Below are positions 1 to 9,366 of a stretch of DNA of 64,000 nucleotides, in pieces (the stretch's first letter is position 1; the number at the start of each line of letters is the position of its first letter). The stretch comes from a virus. The stretch is taken from the IMG/VR virus record IMGVR_UViG_3300047160_007939, positions 1 to 64,000 of that record; one strand, given 5' to 3'. Under the pieces are notes generated by a model. That model worked only from the letters and a program-made list of their open reading frames with translations, was not told where the DNA came from and made no database searches. Made by a program: the position numbers and the translations under genes.

Positions 1-485
1 GTGCGTGAGCCGTGGCCCGTCTGGGTGGGATGCCCGCCACCCCCGCCGCCGCCACGACCACCCCCACCTCCGCCGCCACCACCTCCGCCGCCACCACCAC
101 CACCGTCAAAGCCGCCGGGTCCGGTGATATTGATTGTGCCGACCGAGGTGATGTCAATGCGGTCTACCCGCATAATCGTCATCGAGGCTGCCGCGCCGCC
201 CACGCCGGCCTGCCCGCCGGTGACGAAGCTGCCGCCGGTGGGTCCCGTCTCCCACGGATGGTAAAGACCGTGAGTAGCGAGCGCGCCCCACCGCTCGCTC
301 TTCTGCCACGCGCCCATCGCGTCGGGGATGATGGGCGAGCCATCTGCCGAGGCTGCCGCGTTCAGTCCGCTCCGCTGGCCGGGCGGGGCGAGCATCATCC
401 CCCACACCTGCCCCATGTCCCGCTGGAACTCGGACAGGTTGTCGAGGATGTACTTGAGATGTACCTCGGCGTTGTTGTCGGGCAT
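1..485 (-). CDS. probable tape measure protein, N-terminal part (runs off window start)
   Basis: ATG at 485 opens a frame (MPDNNAEVHLKYILDNLSEF... poly-Gly tract) that stays open to the window edge; lies directly after tail tube and chaperone genes; absent from ORF track because truncated. Confidence 0.55.
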   Translation of the reverse strand, partial: MPDNNAEVHLKYILDNLSEFQRDMGQVWGMMLAPPGQRSGLNAAASADGSPIIPDAMGAWQKSERWGALATHGLYHPWETGPTGGSFVTGGQAGVGGAAASMTIMRVDRIDITSVGTINITGPGGFDGGGGGGGGGGGGGGGGRGGGGGGGHPTQTGHGSR

Positions 486-488
486 CGT

Positions 489-680
489 CTACAAGCCTGT
501 ATCAGCAGGCGCAGGGAGGTGGCTGTAGTACTCCTTCATCACAGCCTGGAACTCGGTTGCCTCACGGTAGGGCAGTGCCACGAGGTCTATCGTCGTCAGG
601 TTCTGCACCCAGAACACGAAGCGGGCTACGGACTGGTTCCACAGGTTGTCAGGCAGATCGCCTTTGCTTGTGGCGAGCAT
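489..680 (-). CDS. tail assembly chaperone, T-like downstream segment
   Basis: Short ORF overlapping the end of the G-like chaperone, just before the putative tape measure gene. Confidence 0.45.
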   Translation of the reverse strand: MLATSKGDLPDNLWNQSVARFVFWVQNLTTIDLVALPYREATEFQAVMKEYYSHLPAPADTGL

Positions 681-1338
681 CCTGCCCGCGTTTGCGAAAG
701 TAGATGAGGAGCCTCGGGTCCATCCGGTTCCTCGCCCACATCCTGATGATGAGCGCCCTGGCGATGGTGTCCTGGAGCTGGGTCGGATCCATCGTGCCGT
801 CGCCGTTCCTCTCGTAAGCTTCCCCGTTCATCGCGTAGAGCGACTTGCCGAGCAGCCAGCGGTTGCGCTCATCGAAGTTGATGCGCTTCTCCTGGTCCAC
901 AATCTCGGCGAACTCGTCATCGGCCCAGAGCACGTCACCGTAGCTGAACTCCCGCATCGTGTAGGTCTGGGTCATCTGCTCGGCGTCTTTGAACTCTCCC
1001 TTCTCGTGCTGGTCGATCACGTCCAGCATCTCTTCCATCTGGGTCTGGTTGCGTACCACCTCGGCGTTTAGAAACCGGCGCTCGGTGATGCGCTGGTCTT
1101 CCCAGCTCTTGACGCGCTCCCTGGTGCTGTCGGTCGCCTCACCTTTCTTGTCAGCCTCGTAAGCCGCCAGCACTTCCGGCGGAGTTGCCTCGGCGTCGAG
1201 CCGTGCAACCGCGTTCTCACACGCATCGAGGGCGATCCGCCGGTCTGCCACATCGAGCCACGATGGGAGCAGAATGCGGAAGCCGCCCTCGAACACCACG
1301 AAGTCGAGCTTTTCCTGGTACTCTACCTGATTGGTCAC
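649..1338 (-). CDS. tail assembly chaperone (G-like)
   Basis: Acidic 229-aa ORF between tail tube and tape measure; GGGAGATAGG element before GTG. Confidence 0.55.
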   Translation of the reverse strand: MTNQVEYQEKLDFVVFEGGFRILLPSWLDVADRRIALDACENAVARLDAEATPPEVLAAYEADKKGEATDSTRERVKSWEDQRITERRFLNAEVVRNQTQMEEMLDVIDQHEKGEFKDAEQMTQTYTMREFSYGDVLWADDEFAEIVDQEKRINFDERNRWLLGKSLYAMNGEAYERNGDGTMDPTQLQDTIARALIIRMWARNRMDPRLLIYFRKRGQDARHKQRRSA

Positions 1339-1462
1339 CTATCTCCCTGGAGCAACCCCCGGCTGCGCCGCCCTTCTACTTCTCGGCAGCCGGTGTTTTC
1401 CGGGAAGTTCGCCGTGCCTCGCGTTCCTTCCTACGGCGGAGCCGGCCAGCCGGCCAGCCGCG

Positions 1463-2443
1463 TTACGCCTCGGAGATGATGATCGGGTAGCTGCCCGGCA
1501 CTGCCCCCAGGCTGGCAAGACAGTTGTAACGGTACGATCGTACCACGCGCCCGCGCATCTGCCGGCGGTTGTCCGGGTCCACGGGGATGGCGCGCGGGAT
1601 GGTGAAAGAAAGCGTCTTGTTGGCCGTCTTGTCGCGCTTGATGTTGATGATCAGGTTGAGCGCCTCGTAGTAGCTGGGAGCGCCGTTGCCGTCCAGCCCG
1701 AAGCCCGGCGGGTCGATACCGGACTGCGCGTTCATTCGGATCGTGAGAGCGGCAGTCGGCAGGTCCGCGTTCTGCTCTTTCACGTCGTTCGTGCCGTCCA
1801 GCTCCATATTGGCAGACAGCCCTGTATCGAAGTCCAACGTCACGCCAATGACGCCTTTGTTGGCGAGCACGCCACCGAGAGAGCAGACGCCGGCCTGGAG
1901 CGGTTTGCCCGGCAAGCCGGAACTCATCGTCGGGTCTGGGATGGAAGGCGCAGGGATGGTGCTGTCGATGGATCCCCCTGCCCAGCGCATCACGAAGCCT
2001 ACCGGTGCGCCTTTGTCGATGTTCAGAGAGAAGCCGGCAGCCTTCGCGTTGTTTACCTGCCACGTCCCCAGGCCGGCTCCGCCGACGATGCCGTTGTCGG
2101 AGAAGACGAAGGGTCCCCCCAGCTCATTCAGATCGTAGGCCGGTCCCGCCGTTCGGATGATGAACCAGTTGTTCAGGTTCAGGCTGGTAAACCAGGGGTC
2201 GGCGTCTTTGCCGCCCGGCCCGCCGGTGGGCGCATCGCCGCCGAGAGGGTCCATCGGGATGGCCGGAACCTGGATAACGGGGAACGTCGGCATGTCCCCG
2301 TAGTTGAGCTGCCCGCCCTGCTGGGCCGAGATGGGGTAGGGGATGTCGAGGTTCCGGGGATGCAGGAGCGAGGCTCCTTCGCGGCAAAGCACGCGAACGC
2401 CGTCGATCTGCAAGAAGCCCGCAAACCCGTGGGTGATGGGCAT
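1463..2443 (-). CDS. major tail tube protein
   Basis: 326 aa, Gly/Pro/beta-rich; synteny (after tail-completion genes, before chaperones); RBS element GGGAGTTAGG. Confidence 0.65.
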   Translation of the reverse strand: MPITHGFAGFLQIDGVRVLCREGASLLHPRNLDIPYPISAQQGGQLNYGDMPTFPVIQVPAIPMDPLGGDAPTGGPGGKDADPWFTSLNLNNWFIIRTAGPAYDLNELGGPFVFSDNGIVGGAGLGTWQVNNAKAAGFSLNIDKGAPVGFVMRWAGGSIDSTIPAPSIPDPTMSSGLPGKPLQAGVCSLGGVLANKGVIGVTLDFDTGLSANMELDGTNDVKEQNADLPTAALTIRMNAQSGIDPPGFGLDGNGAPSYYEALNLIINIKRDKTANKTLSFTIPRAIPVDPDNRRQMRGRVVRSYRYNCLASLGAVPGSYPIIISEA

Positions 2444-2487
2444 AACCTAACTCCCTGGCAATAGCCGGCTCGCTGGCCGGTCGCCGG

Positions 2488-2973
2488 CTACTTCTTCGAC
2501 TGCTTCCGTTCGGCCTGTCCCTCGCTGGCCGGCTCCGGCTGGGCCGGCTCCGGGTTCTCGGTGTAGCGGTGGCTCTTCCGGTGGCTGTTCATCTCGCGGA
2601 GCTGTTCGAGGTCCAGGAACTCCGGTACGAGGGCGAGCACGTCTTCCTCTTTCACGCGCTCCACCTTCCCGTCCACCACGTCCGCGTAGAGCTGGGGCAC
2701 TTTGCACGCCTCGGCCTTCTGGCGCTCCTCCGGCTCCAGGTGAAGACGCGGATCCTTCGTCACCAGGAGCGCGCAGCGCATCCGTGTGCCGTCGCCGATG
2801 AGCGAGGTACGCCCGCAGCATACACCGCAGCCGTAGGCCAGCACCCGGTTGACGTTGAACTGGTGGTCGATGCCGGCAGTGTATGCGTCTTCGGAGAGCC
2901 GGCTCTCCCCAAGCGCCTCCGGCTCGACCCCGCTGCGGATCGCGCGCTCGGTGCTCCGTGCTACCTTCAGCAT
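2488..2973 (-). CDS. hypothetical protein
   Basis: ORF tightly packed in late operon; Cys cluster CGVCC. Confidence 0.55.
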   Translation of the reverse strand: MLKVARSTERAIRSGVEPEALGESRLSEDAYTAGIDHQFNVNRVLAYGCGVCCGRTSLIGDGTRMRCALLVTKDPRLHLEPEERQKAEACKVPQLYADVVDGKVERVKEEDVLALVPEFLDLEQLREMNSHRKSHRYTENPEPAQPEPASEGQAERKQSKK

Positions 2974-2974
2974 C

Positions 2975-3703
2975 TTACGTCTCTCCCGTGATGAACCGGA
3001 CGGCAGCTCGCTCGGTCTTCCGCAGGTCTTCTTCCTTCACCTCGCCGCCAGGGAACTGCGGTCTAGCCGGAATGTGGGCCTTCGGCGCTCCCTGGTCGTG
3101 GATGACCGCGAGGTTCACCGTCCTGCCGCTTCCACCCTTCCCTGTGCCCCTCGCCCGCAGCTCGTGAACCCGCAGGCCGCGTCCGTCTTTCGCGGTGGGT
3201 CGCCGGCCCTTCTTCGCTCTCGTGATCGTGAAGGCGCTCCCCACTACTAACGTCGGCTTCTGGCCTTCGGTCGCCACCTGCTCGACGTGGCCGCGCGCTC
3301 CCTGCTCCGCGTAAGACATCGCCAGAGCGCCCGTCTTGACCAGGGGCTGGTGAGCGATGGCTTCCGCCGTCTTCTGGGCAGGGCGGGTAAAGAGACGCCT
3401 CGCGCGCCGCGCCCGCCGGGGATGAGCACGCAGGAAGCGGATCTTGCCGGCGATGGTGACGGCCTTCAGTGGCGTCCACCTCGGGTCGCCGCCCACCTGG
3501 AAGTTGGTCCGGTAGCGGTCCCTGGCTATGTCACCCAGCTCGCCCCAGAGCTTGCCCAGGTTCTCTTCCTTCGCGCGCTCCTGGATGGCTTTCGCGTACA
3601 CCACCGGGTCGCCGCTCCCGCCCTCTCCGGCGGAGACAGTCACCCTGACGATGAGCGGGATGCGCGCTCCCCGCATCGGGACGGGGATCCTGAACTCCGG
3701 CAT
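2975..3703 (-). CDS. virion morphogenesis / tail-completion protein (Mu gpG-like)
   Basis: Motifs GGDPRWTPLK, PLVKTGAL, AVIHDQG, IPARPQF; TGATG coupling to upstream gene. Confidence 0.7.
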   Translation of the reverse strand: MPEFRIPVPMRGARIPLIVRVTVSAGEGGSGDPVVYAKAIQERAKEENLGKLWGELGDIARDRYRTNFQVGGDPRWTPLKAVTIAGKIRFLRAHPRRARRARRLFTRPAQKTAEAIAHQPLVKTGALAMSYAEQGARGHVEQVATEGQKPTLVVGSAFTITRAKKGRRPTAKDGRGLRVHELRARGTGKGGSGRTVNLAVIHDQGAPKAHIPARPQFPGGEVKEEDLRKTERAAVRFITGET

Positions 3704-4581
3704 CAGCCAATCCCTCCCAGGCGCGCAATGGACAGCTCGCCGGTGATCGGCATCGTACCCATCACCTGATAGCCGGTGAAGGCATCCGTCTCGATCCACT
3801 CCTCGGCTACCTGCCCGCTCTGGGCGTGGCTCGCGGTCACCACCAGCCCGCAGTCCAGCTTGACCTCCAGGTAGTTATTCGAGTTGAGGATGTCCTTCGC
3901 GGCCATCATAATGGCCCGCAGCGCCCGAGCCGGCATCTCGCTCTGCGTCTGGTGGAGCATCACGCAGCTAATCTCGCCGTTCATCGGCATCGCGTCCGTG
4001 TAGGGTCTGCCGAAGTAGAGGTCTTCCTGGAAACGGTCCACATACACTGACAACACAGGTTGGTAGTTGTTCGCCTCCACTGCCGGCGAGCCGGTGAGGA
4101 TGCGCTTCACGCCGGCTGGCCCGGCTCCGTTCGGCCAGTTGGGACCGTTGAGGAATATCTGGAGCGCGGCATCGAGCGCCGGCTTCTGGTCGAGCAGGAT
4201 GTCCCGGACGGCTTCTTCCCACTGCTCCAGGTGGTCGTGCAGGCCCATCGGCCCGTTCTCGACGCAGATCCACCAGCAGAGCTGCTCGCTGGCCGGCCCG
4301 CTGTCGTCTTCCGCCGTAACGTAGATCGGCAGCCGCACCTGGGTCCGCGTGACACCGAGGAGCGGCAGCACCTGCCCATCGTCGTTGATCGGGTTCGGCG
4401 TGTTGCCGATGTCCAGCCGGTAGATGAAGGGGTTGGTGGAGGTCATCGGACAAAGACCTCCCTCGAAGCCCGGCAGGGACGAGGCGTAGACCTGGAGGTT
4501 CGCCCCCGGTACTTCCCCGAAGGTGAGGTCCATGTGCTGGCCGTCGCCAACGTTTTGAAGCTTGGTCATCACCGGCGGCAT
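3703..4581 (-). CDS. putative tail terminator / tail-completion protein
   Basis: 292 aa; position in neck-to-tail cluster; stop/start coupling. Confidence 0.45.
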   Translation of the reverse strand: MPPVMTKLQNVGDGQHMDLTFGEVPGANLQVYASSLPGFEGGLCPMTSTNPFIYRLDIGNTPNPINDDGQVLPLLGVTRTQVRLPIYVTAEDDSGPASEQLCWWICVENGPMGLHDHLEQWEEAVRDILLDQKPALDAALQIFLNGPNWPNGAGPAGVKRILTGSPAVEANNYQPVLSVYVDRFQEDLYFGRPYTDAMPMNGEISCVMLHQTQSEMPARALRAIMMAAKDILNSNNYLEVKLDCGLVVTASHAQSGQVAEEWIETDAFTGYQVMGTMPITGELSIARLGGIG

Positions 4582-5288
4582 CAGAGGAACCCCGGCGCGC
4601 GGTCACTGTCGCGCTGCATCCACTTCGCCATCAGGACGCGCGAAGGAAACACGTCGCCGTTGGTCGCGCGTACCCGCCGGTGCTGGCTGCCGCCCAGGAT
4701 GGCCCAGGTGGTGTCGTAGCGATACACCAGCGTTATCATTGTGCCTTTCACCGGAGCGGTCCCCGTCCACTGGATGCCCAGGCCATCCTCGGACGGCTGG
4801 AACCCGGTGGTCACCTCGGTCAGCGTGTCGCCGCGATAGACGGTGAGTATCTCGGTCACCGGCGTATACATCAGCCGGTCCACCGGATCGCCCGTCTCGC
4901 GCTCGTAGGTGATGTCCACGGTGTCCGGTCGCGTGGAAAGCGCGATCCGGTCGCCGTCGTGGAAGGGATACTCCGTCTCCAGGAAAGTGCAGACGACCTC
5001 CCCACCCTGGACCACGAAGGGGTAGCGGCGCGTGCCGACCATTGCCTGCTGGCACACCACCTTCCCACCGGTCGGCCCGGTGAGCGGGATCGGCATCACT
5101 TTGAACAGCTCGCCGCAGCCGCCGCAGAGGGGACACGTCGGCAGCGTCCGCATCGAGCCGCCCACCGCGTCCATGTGGGTCGGATTGGGGCACGGCCCAA
5201 CTTTCCGGTAGTACGCGGAAGGGACCTCGCCCAGCGTGGCGACAAGCCTGGCGAACGCCTCGGTCGAGAGCTGGCCGAGAAAGCCCAT
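4581..5288 (-). CDS. putative head-closure (neck) protein
   Basis: N-terminal CP..CPLCGGCG motif as in neck proteins of large phages; follows adaptor gene. Confidence 0.55.
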   Translation of the reverse strand: MGFLGQLSTEAFARLVATLGEVPSAYYRKVGPCPNPTHMDAVGGSMRTLPTCPLCGGCGELFKVMPIPLTGPTGGKVVCQQAMVGTRRYPFVVQGGEVVCTFLETEYPFHDGDRIALSTRPDTVDITYERETGDPVDRLMYTPVTEILTVYRGDTLTEVTTGFQPSEDGLGIQWTGTAPVKGTMITLVYRYDTTWAILGGSQHRRVRATNGDVFPSRVLMAKWMQRDSDRAPGFL

Positions 5289-6511
5289 CAGATGCAGATG
5301 ACCTCCATCGGCTTCTCCTTTTGCATGGTCCGCTCGATCCAGGTACGGACGCCCATCTCCAGGGTGTCTGCCCGCTGGTATACCAGATTGGGGACCACAC
5401 TCTGGCTCATCCCGTCAATCGAGAGCGACACGCCTCCCTGGTCCAGATAGCTCCCCATCTCCCGCAGGGTGTTCGCCGCTGCCATCTGGCCGATGTTCCT
5501 CTGGAACTCCATCACCAGCCCCTGGTCCCATTCGGTGTCGAAGGGCGGCAGCGGCTGCGAGCAGTCCCAGGTCTTCGGGTTCACCAGCCCCGCCGTATAG
5601 CGGACGTGGATGAAGTCAGGAACCATTCCCGACCGCTGGCCGACGCTGTAGAGCGGGTTGATGGCCGAGAGCGCAAAGGTGACGCTCGCCGCAGCGGTGG
5701 GAATGATGTGGACGATCCCGAACTTCCGGTCGATGTTCTGCCATACCGGTGGGATGTCAGGCCCAACGACGTTGCCCGCGAGCGCGAAGCGAAAGCCAGT
5801 AAGCCCGTTCTTTTCCCAGAGCGGCGTCCAATCCAGCGAGGTCCTGCCGGTGAGGGCCATCCAATCGCGGATGAAGTAGGAGAGCGGCTTCTGGATCCGG
5901 TCGTAGTCGCTTCCCAGGATCAGCCCCTTCGTCGTACCTACCGAGACACTATCCCCTGCCTGGGTCTGGGCTGGCAGGCCGATGGAGGTGAGCGAACTCC
6001 AGGTCGTCGCGGTCAGGATCTGCTGCCTCGTGCCGGGGATGATGAGTTCGGTGGCCGGCAGGCCGTTGCCGTCCGTCCCGGAGATAGCGACCGTCCCGCT
6101 CACCGAGCCAGCCGGCTGGCCGGCAGTCACGTAGAGGTAGAGCGCCTGGGACATCGGCGGCTGGAAGAAGCCGTCTGTGAGCGTCTCCGGCGCGGCTGGC
6201 AGGGCAGTTACGGGCAGGATGCCGGTCGGCGTAGGTCGGGGCGGCGGAGAGCCGAGGTTGGGGGTCCCCGGTACGTTGACGAAGGACGCCCAGAGCGCGA
6301 GCTGGTCCGAGCAGTAGCGCGTGAGAAAGAACGGGATGTGCAGGCTCTCTTCGATGGTAAACTGTGCCGCCCGGATGTGCTGCTCGGCAAGCTGGTCAGC
6401 GGACAGCCCCGTATACTTCGCCTGCGCGTCCAGGAGCTGGCCCATCCCGCCCAGGTGCATCCGCATCAGGCTGGCATTGATCGGGAGCGGGAGTTGTGTG
6501 CTGGCTGCCAT
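5288..6511 (-). CDS. putative head-tail adaptor (neck) protein
   Basis: 407 aa; IHVRYTAG and GGVSLSIDGMSQS motifs; first gene after capsid cluster. Confidence 0.6.
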   Translation of the reverse strand: MAASTQLPLPINASLMRMHLGGMGQLLDAQAKYTGLSADQLAEQHIRAAQFTIEESLHIPFFLTRYCSDQLALWASFVNVPGTPNLGSPPPRPTPTGILPVTALPAAPETLTDGFFQPPMSQALYLYVTAGQPAGSVSGTVAISGTDGNGLPATELIIPGTRQQILTATTWSSLTSIGLPAQTQAGDSVSVGTTKGLILGSDYDRIQKPLSYFIRDWMALTGRTSLDWTPLWEKNGLTGFRFALAGNVVGPDIPPVWQNIDRKFGIVHIIPTAAASVTFALSAINPLYSVGQRSGMVPDFIHVRYTAGLVNPKTWDCSQPLPPFDTEWDQGLVMEFQRNIGQMAAANTLREMGSYLDQGGVSLSIDGMSQSVVPNLVYQRADTLEMGVRTWIERTMQKEKPMEVICI

Positions 6512-6513
6512 TG

Positions 6514-6548
6514 AAAAGAAAGCCGCCCGCCCTTACGAGCGAGCGGCT
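6514..6548 (-). terminator. intrinsic terminator after capsid cluster
   Basis: AGCCGCTCGCTC-GTAA-GGGCGGGCGGCT hairpin followed by TTCTTTT. Confidence 0.65.
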
Positions 6549-6612
6549 GCGAGATTGCGCTTACTGATAGAGCTGTTCTTACTTTTCAGGAGTGTCCAAT
6601 GGCGACCGGCAG

Positions 6613-6939
6613 TTAGCGGTCGTAGAAGGCGATGCCACGCACGCCCACGAGGGCGGAGAGGTCGGCTCCGTTCCCTACCTCGGTGGCACTGGTGATGGCG
6701 GTTGCGGTCGCCGTTCCATAGAAGCGGACGACCTTATTCACTTTGTCGTACTGCGCCTCGTAACCGAAGGTGTTCTGAAAGGTGACGAAGTACGGGTCTT
6801 TACAACCGTAAGGGGAGAAGTCGAGCGGGTAGCCACCACCAACGCCCGCCGGGTAAGCATTATCGCAGTCGAACTGGACGACACAGATCCCAATCGTCCC
6901 CTTCGAGTTGGCGAGCTTCTTCTTGTTGGCGAGGGCCAT
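6613..6939 (-). CDS. small virion protein (possible capsid decoration)
   Basis: 108-aa beta-rich ORF downstream of MCP, before terminator. Confidence 0.5.
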   Translation of the reverse strand: MALANKKKLANSKGTIGICVVQFDCDNAYPAGVGGGYPLDFSPYGCKDPYFVTFQNTFGYEAQYDKVNKVVRFYGTATATAITSATEVGNGADLSALVGVRGIAFYDR

Positions 6940-6944
6940 CGTCC

Positions 6945-7769
6945 TTACTCCTCGGCTTCCTGGGCCACCTCTGCCGCTTCATAGAGGCTGGCGTTGGGAT
7001 CCACCCCCTGCGCGGGAGCGGGCCGGCTGGCCTGGGGTCCGGGCGCGGAAGGCACAGGCCGGCTGCCTTTTCGCTGGACCGGTTCCTGGATGGCGTGGCC
7101 GTGCTTCTGACCGCCTTTGCCGTGGTCCGCGTGACCCTTGCCCGGCTCTTCCTTTGCCTCGTCCTTCGGCTTCTCTGCCTGGGCTTTCGCGGCAGCCTGG
7201 GCTTCCTGCTGCCGCTGAACCTCGCTCTTCGGCAGCGGCATATCAATCTCGCCCTGGCGTACCGGGGTCGTCGGCTTCGTCGCTTCCTGCTGGCTGCGCC
7301 ACTCCCTTTCGAGCTGCTCGTCCAGGGAGCGCGGCGGAGCCGGCTGGGTGCGAGTAGCGGAAGGCTCCGCCGGGCCAGCCTCGTAGTGGCCTTCCACCGG
7401 CTCGCCTTTGTCATTCACGTAAGCGTAGCCGGGGATCTGGTCCAGCCCGCAGTTGTCGGGAACTCGGGCTTGCCCGTGCGCGTCGAAGTCCACCGGCCCG
7501 TAGCCGTTCGGAGCGGTGATCCCCTTCTGGCCCGCCATCGAAGGATTGATACAGACGACGAGCGGGCCGTTGGGCTTCTTGACCTGCTTATCCGCCGTGA
7601 TGATGACTTCCGGCGTTCCTTCGAGCACGACGTATCCAGGGATGAGGTGGATGCCGCAGCTCTCCCCCGCATCCCTGGAGATACCCTCGTGGTCGAAGTG
7701 AGCCACGCTGCCATCCGGCATCGTGATCGTCTCGTTCTTCCGCAGCGGATTTTCAACCGTCAGGGACAC
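6945..7769 (-). CDS. hypothetical protein with duplicated N-terminal module
   Basis: Two copies of FD.xG...C G...IPGY module, then low-complexity tail. Confidence 0.6.
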   Translation of the reverse strand: MSLTVENPLRKNETITMPDGSVAHFDHEGISRDAGESCGIHLIPGYVVLEGTPEVIITADKQVKKPNGPLVVCINPSMAGQKGITAPNGYGPVDFDAHGQARVPDNCGLDQIPGYAYVNDKGEPVEGHYEAGPAEPSATRTQPAPPRSLDEQLEREWRSQQEATKPTTPVRQGEIDMPLPKSEVQRQQEAQAAAKAQAEKPKDEAKEEPGKGHADHGKGGQKHGHAIQEPVQRKGSRPVPSAPGPQASRPAPAQGVDPNASLYEAAEVAQEAEE

Positions 7770-7779
7770 TATCCACCCC

Positions 7780-9261
7780 CTACATACTAGTGATACCCGC
7801 CTGCGACAGCGAGCCGACGTTGACGACGTGCAGGTTGTGCAGCGGCACTTTGAAGAGCGGCGTGCCGAACATCAGGATGCCGTAGCTGTTGCTCATCAGG
7901 TCCTGCGGGAGAGGTCGCTTCACCACCGGCAGGAGCTGCTTGAACACAATCTCATCCGAGGTCATAGTCAGGCCGCAGATGTGATAGGTGTTCGGAACCG
8001 CGTACCCGTCATCGGTGTAGGTGGTGGAGCCGCCGGAGCGGTTCACCATCGCCATGAACTTCTGGGCGCTCGTGGCGGAAGTCTGCTGGTCGGCAGGGTT
8101 TCGGAAGAGCAGGAAGTACTCGATGGTCGCGTCCGCGAAGCTGATGGTCAGGTTGATCTTCTGACCTATCGTGGCCGCGATACCCGCCGAGGTAACCGGA
8201 GCGCCCCAGCCGCCTTTGCCTACCGGAACCGCCGTGTAGTAGTACGTGCCAGCCGGCAGGCCCGGTCGGTAGGGCAGAGCGACGTTCGCCGCGCCCGCGC
8301 CGGTGACGGTCGCGCCGGACGAAGATGGCCCGTTGACACTGGTGTTGGGCGGGATGTTGCGCGGGATGCCGCCCTTCACGCCGAGGGTCAGCATCTGGTT
8401 CCGGCGGATCTGCATATAGCGCGGGTTGCCGTTCAACGCTTCCACGAGGAAGCGGTCGAAGGCTGCCCCCACGCTGCCGTCCCGAGCGTTTTCGTTCAGG
8501 CGCTGCTCGGGGAAGAGGCTCTGCCGGAGGTCGCGGATCCCCTCGTTCGGGAAGTAGAGGTCGGTGAACTCGGTCGAGTTGTTGGTGGCGATCTGGGCCA
8601 CGTACTCCAGCAGGTTCTTGTCGGCGGGTGCGCCCTGCATATCCAGGCGGATGGAGTTCTGCATATCCGCCCCGTCGTCAATCTGCTTGAAGAAGCCGTC
8701 CCACATCAGCGGGTTGACCGTCGAGTTGCCCCACCAGAGGTTCCGCTCGATGTGGCGGAGCAGCTCCCGCATCTTGATTTCCTCGCTGGTGTCCATCGCG
8801 TTCTTACCGACGCCACGGAACCCCACGAGGTTGACGGCCTGGGCGGGCAACGTTACCTGCCCTTTGACCGCCAGGTACTTGACGGTCTTCAGACCCCGGT
8901 AGAAGCGGGGGTCGGAGACAATGCCAGCGTCGTTACTGGCAATGAAGCCGTCCATCCCGTCTTCGCCGAACGTCTCCAGGCGAGTGAACTCCACGTCGAG
9001 GGAGTAGGCTTCCTCCTTCGGCATGTTGTTCCAGAGGTTGAGCTGCTCTTCTCGCATCTCGGCGGATGCCAGCACCGGCGAGAGGTCCTCAACGGCGAGC
9101 GCGGTGGCGTTCGGCCCAACGTGCGGAATGCCGGGCTGAACGTCGAGCGCCTTATAGACATCCATGAAGAGCGAAGCCCCGTAGGGTCCGAACTCCCCAC
9201 TCGTGATCTGGGCGTTCGGGAAGTAGCTCTCCCAGGTGATCAATCCTGCATCGGAAAACAT
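7780..9261 (-). CDS. major capsid protein
   Basis: 493 aa after protease and scaffold; ALAVEDL, YSLDVEFTRL, WDGFFKQI motifs resembling large-phage MCPs; strong RBS element. Confidence 0.85.
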   Translation of the reverse strand: MFSDAGLITWESYFPNAQITSGEFGPYGASLFMDVYKALDVQPGIPHVGPNATALAVEDLSPVLASAEMREEQLNLWNNMPKEEAYSLDVEFTRLETFGEDGMDGFIASNDAGIVSDPRFYRGLKTVKYLAVKGQVTLPAQAVNLVGFRGVGKNAMDTSEEIKMRELLRHIERNLWWGNSTVNPLMWDGFFKQIDDGADMQNSIRLDMQGAPADKNLLEYVAQIATNNSTEFTDLYFPNEGIRDLRQSLFPEQRLNENARDGSVGAAFDRFLVEALNGNPRYMQIRRNQMLTLGVKGGIPRNIPPNTSVNGPSSSGATVTGAGAANVALPYRPGLPAGTYYYTAVPVGKGGWGAPVTSAGIAATIGQKINLTISFADATIEYFLLFRNPADQQTSATSAQKFMAMVNRSGGSTTYTDDGYAVPNTYHICGLTMTSDEIVFKQLLPVVKRPLPQDLMSNSYGILMFGTPLFKVPLHNLHVVNVGSLSQAGITSM

Positions 9262-9302
9262 AGCCTAACTCCCTATCGGTGGCTTACGCTTTCTCCCTGG
9301 TG

Positions 9303-9352
9303 GTGGGCTTCCCGTGCCGTTGCTGTGGAGCGAGGATGCACGGGAAGCCCAC
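9303..9352. promoter_or_regulatory. perfect 15-bp stem-loop in MCP leader
   Basis: GTGGGCTTCCCGTGC ... GCACGGGAAGCCCAC in the scaffold-MCP intergenic region. Confidence 0.6.
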
Positions 9353-9366
9353 GGGCGGGAAACGCT

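Noticed and set aside
1-264. Poly-proline + strand ORF
   Set aside because: Reverse complement of the poly-Gly tract in the minus-strand gene starting at 485
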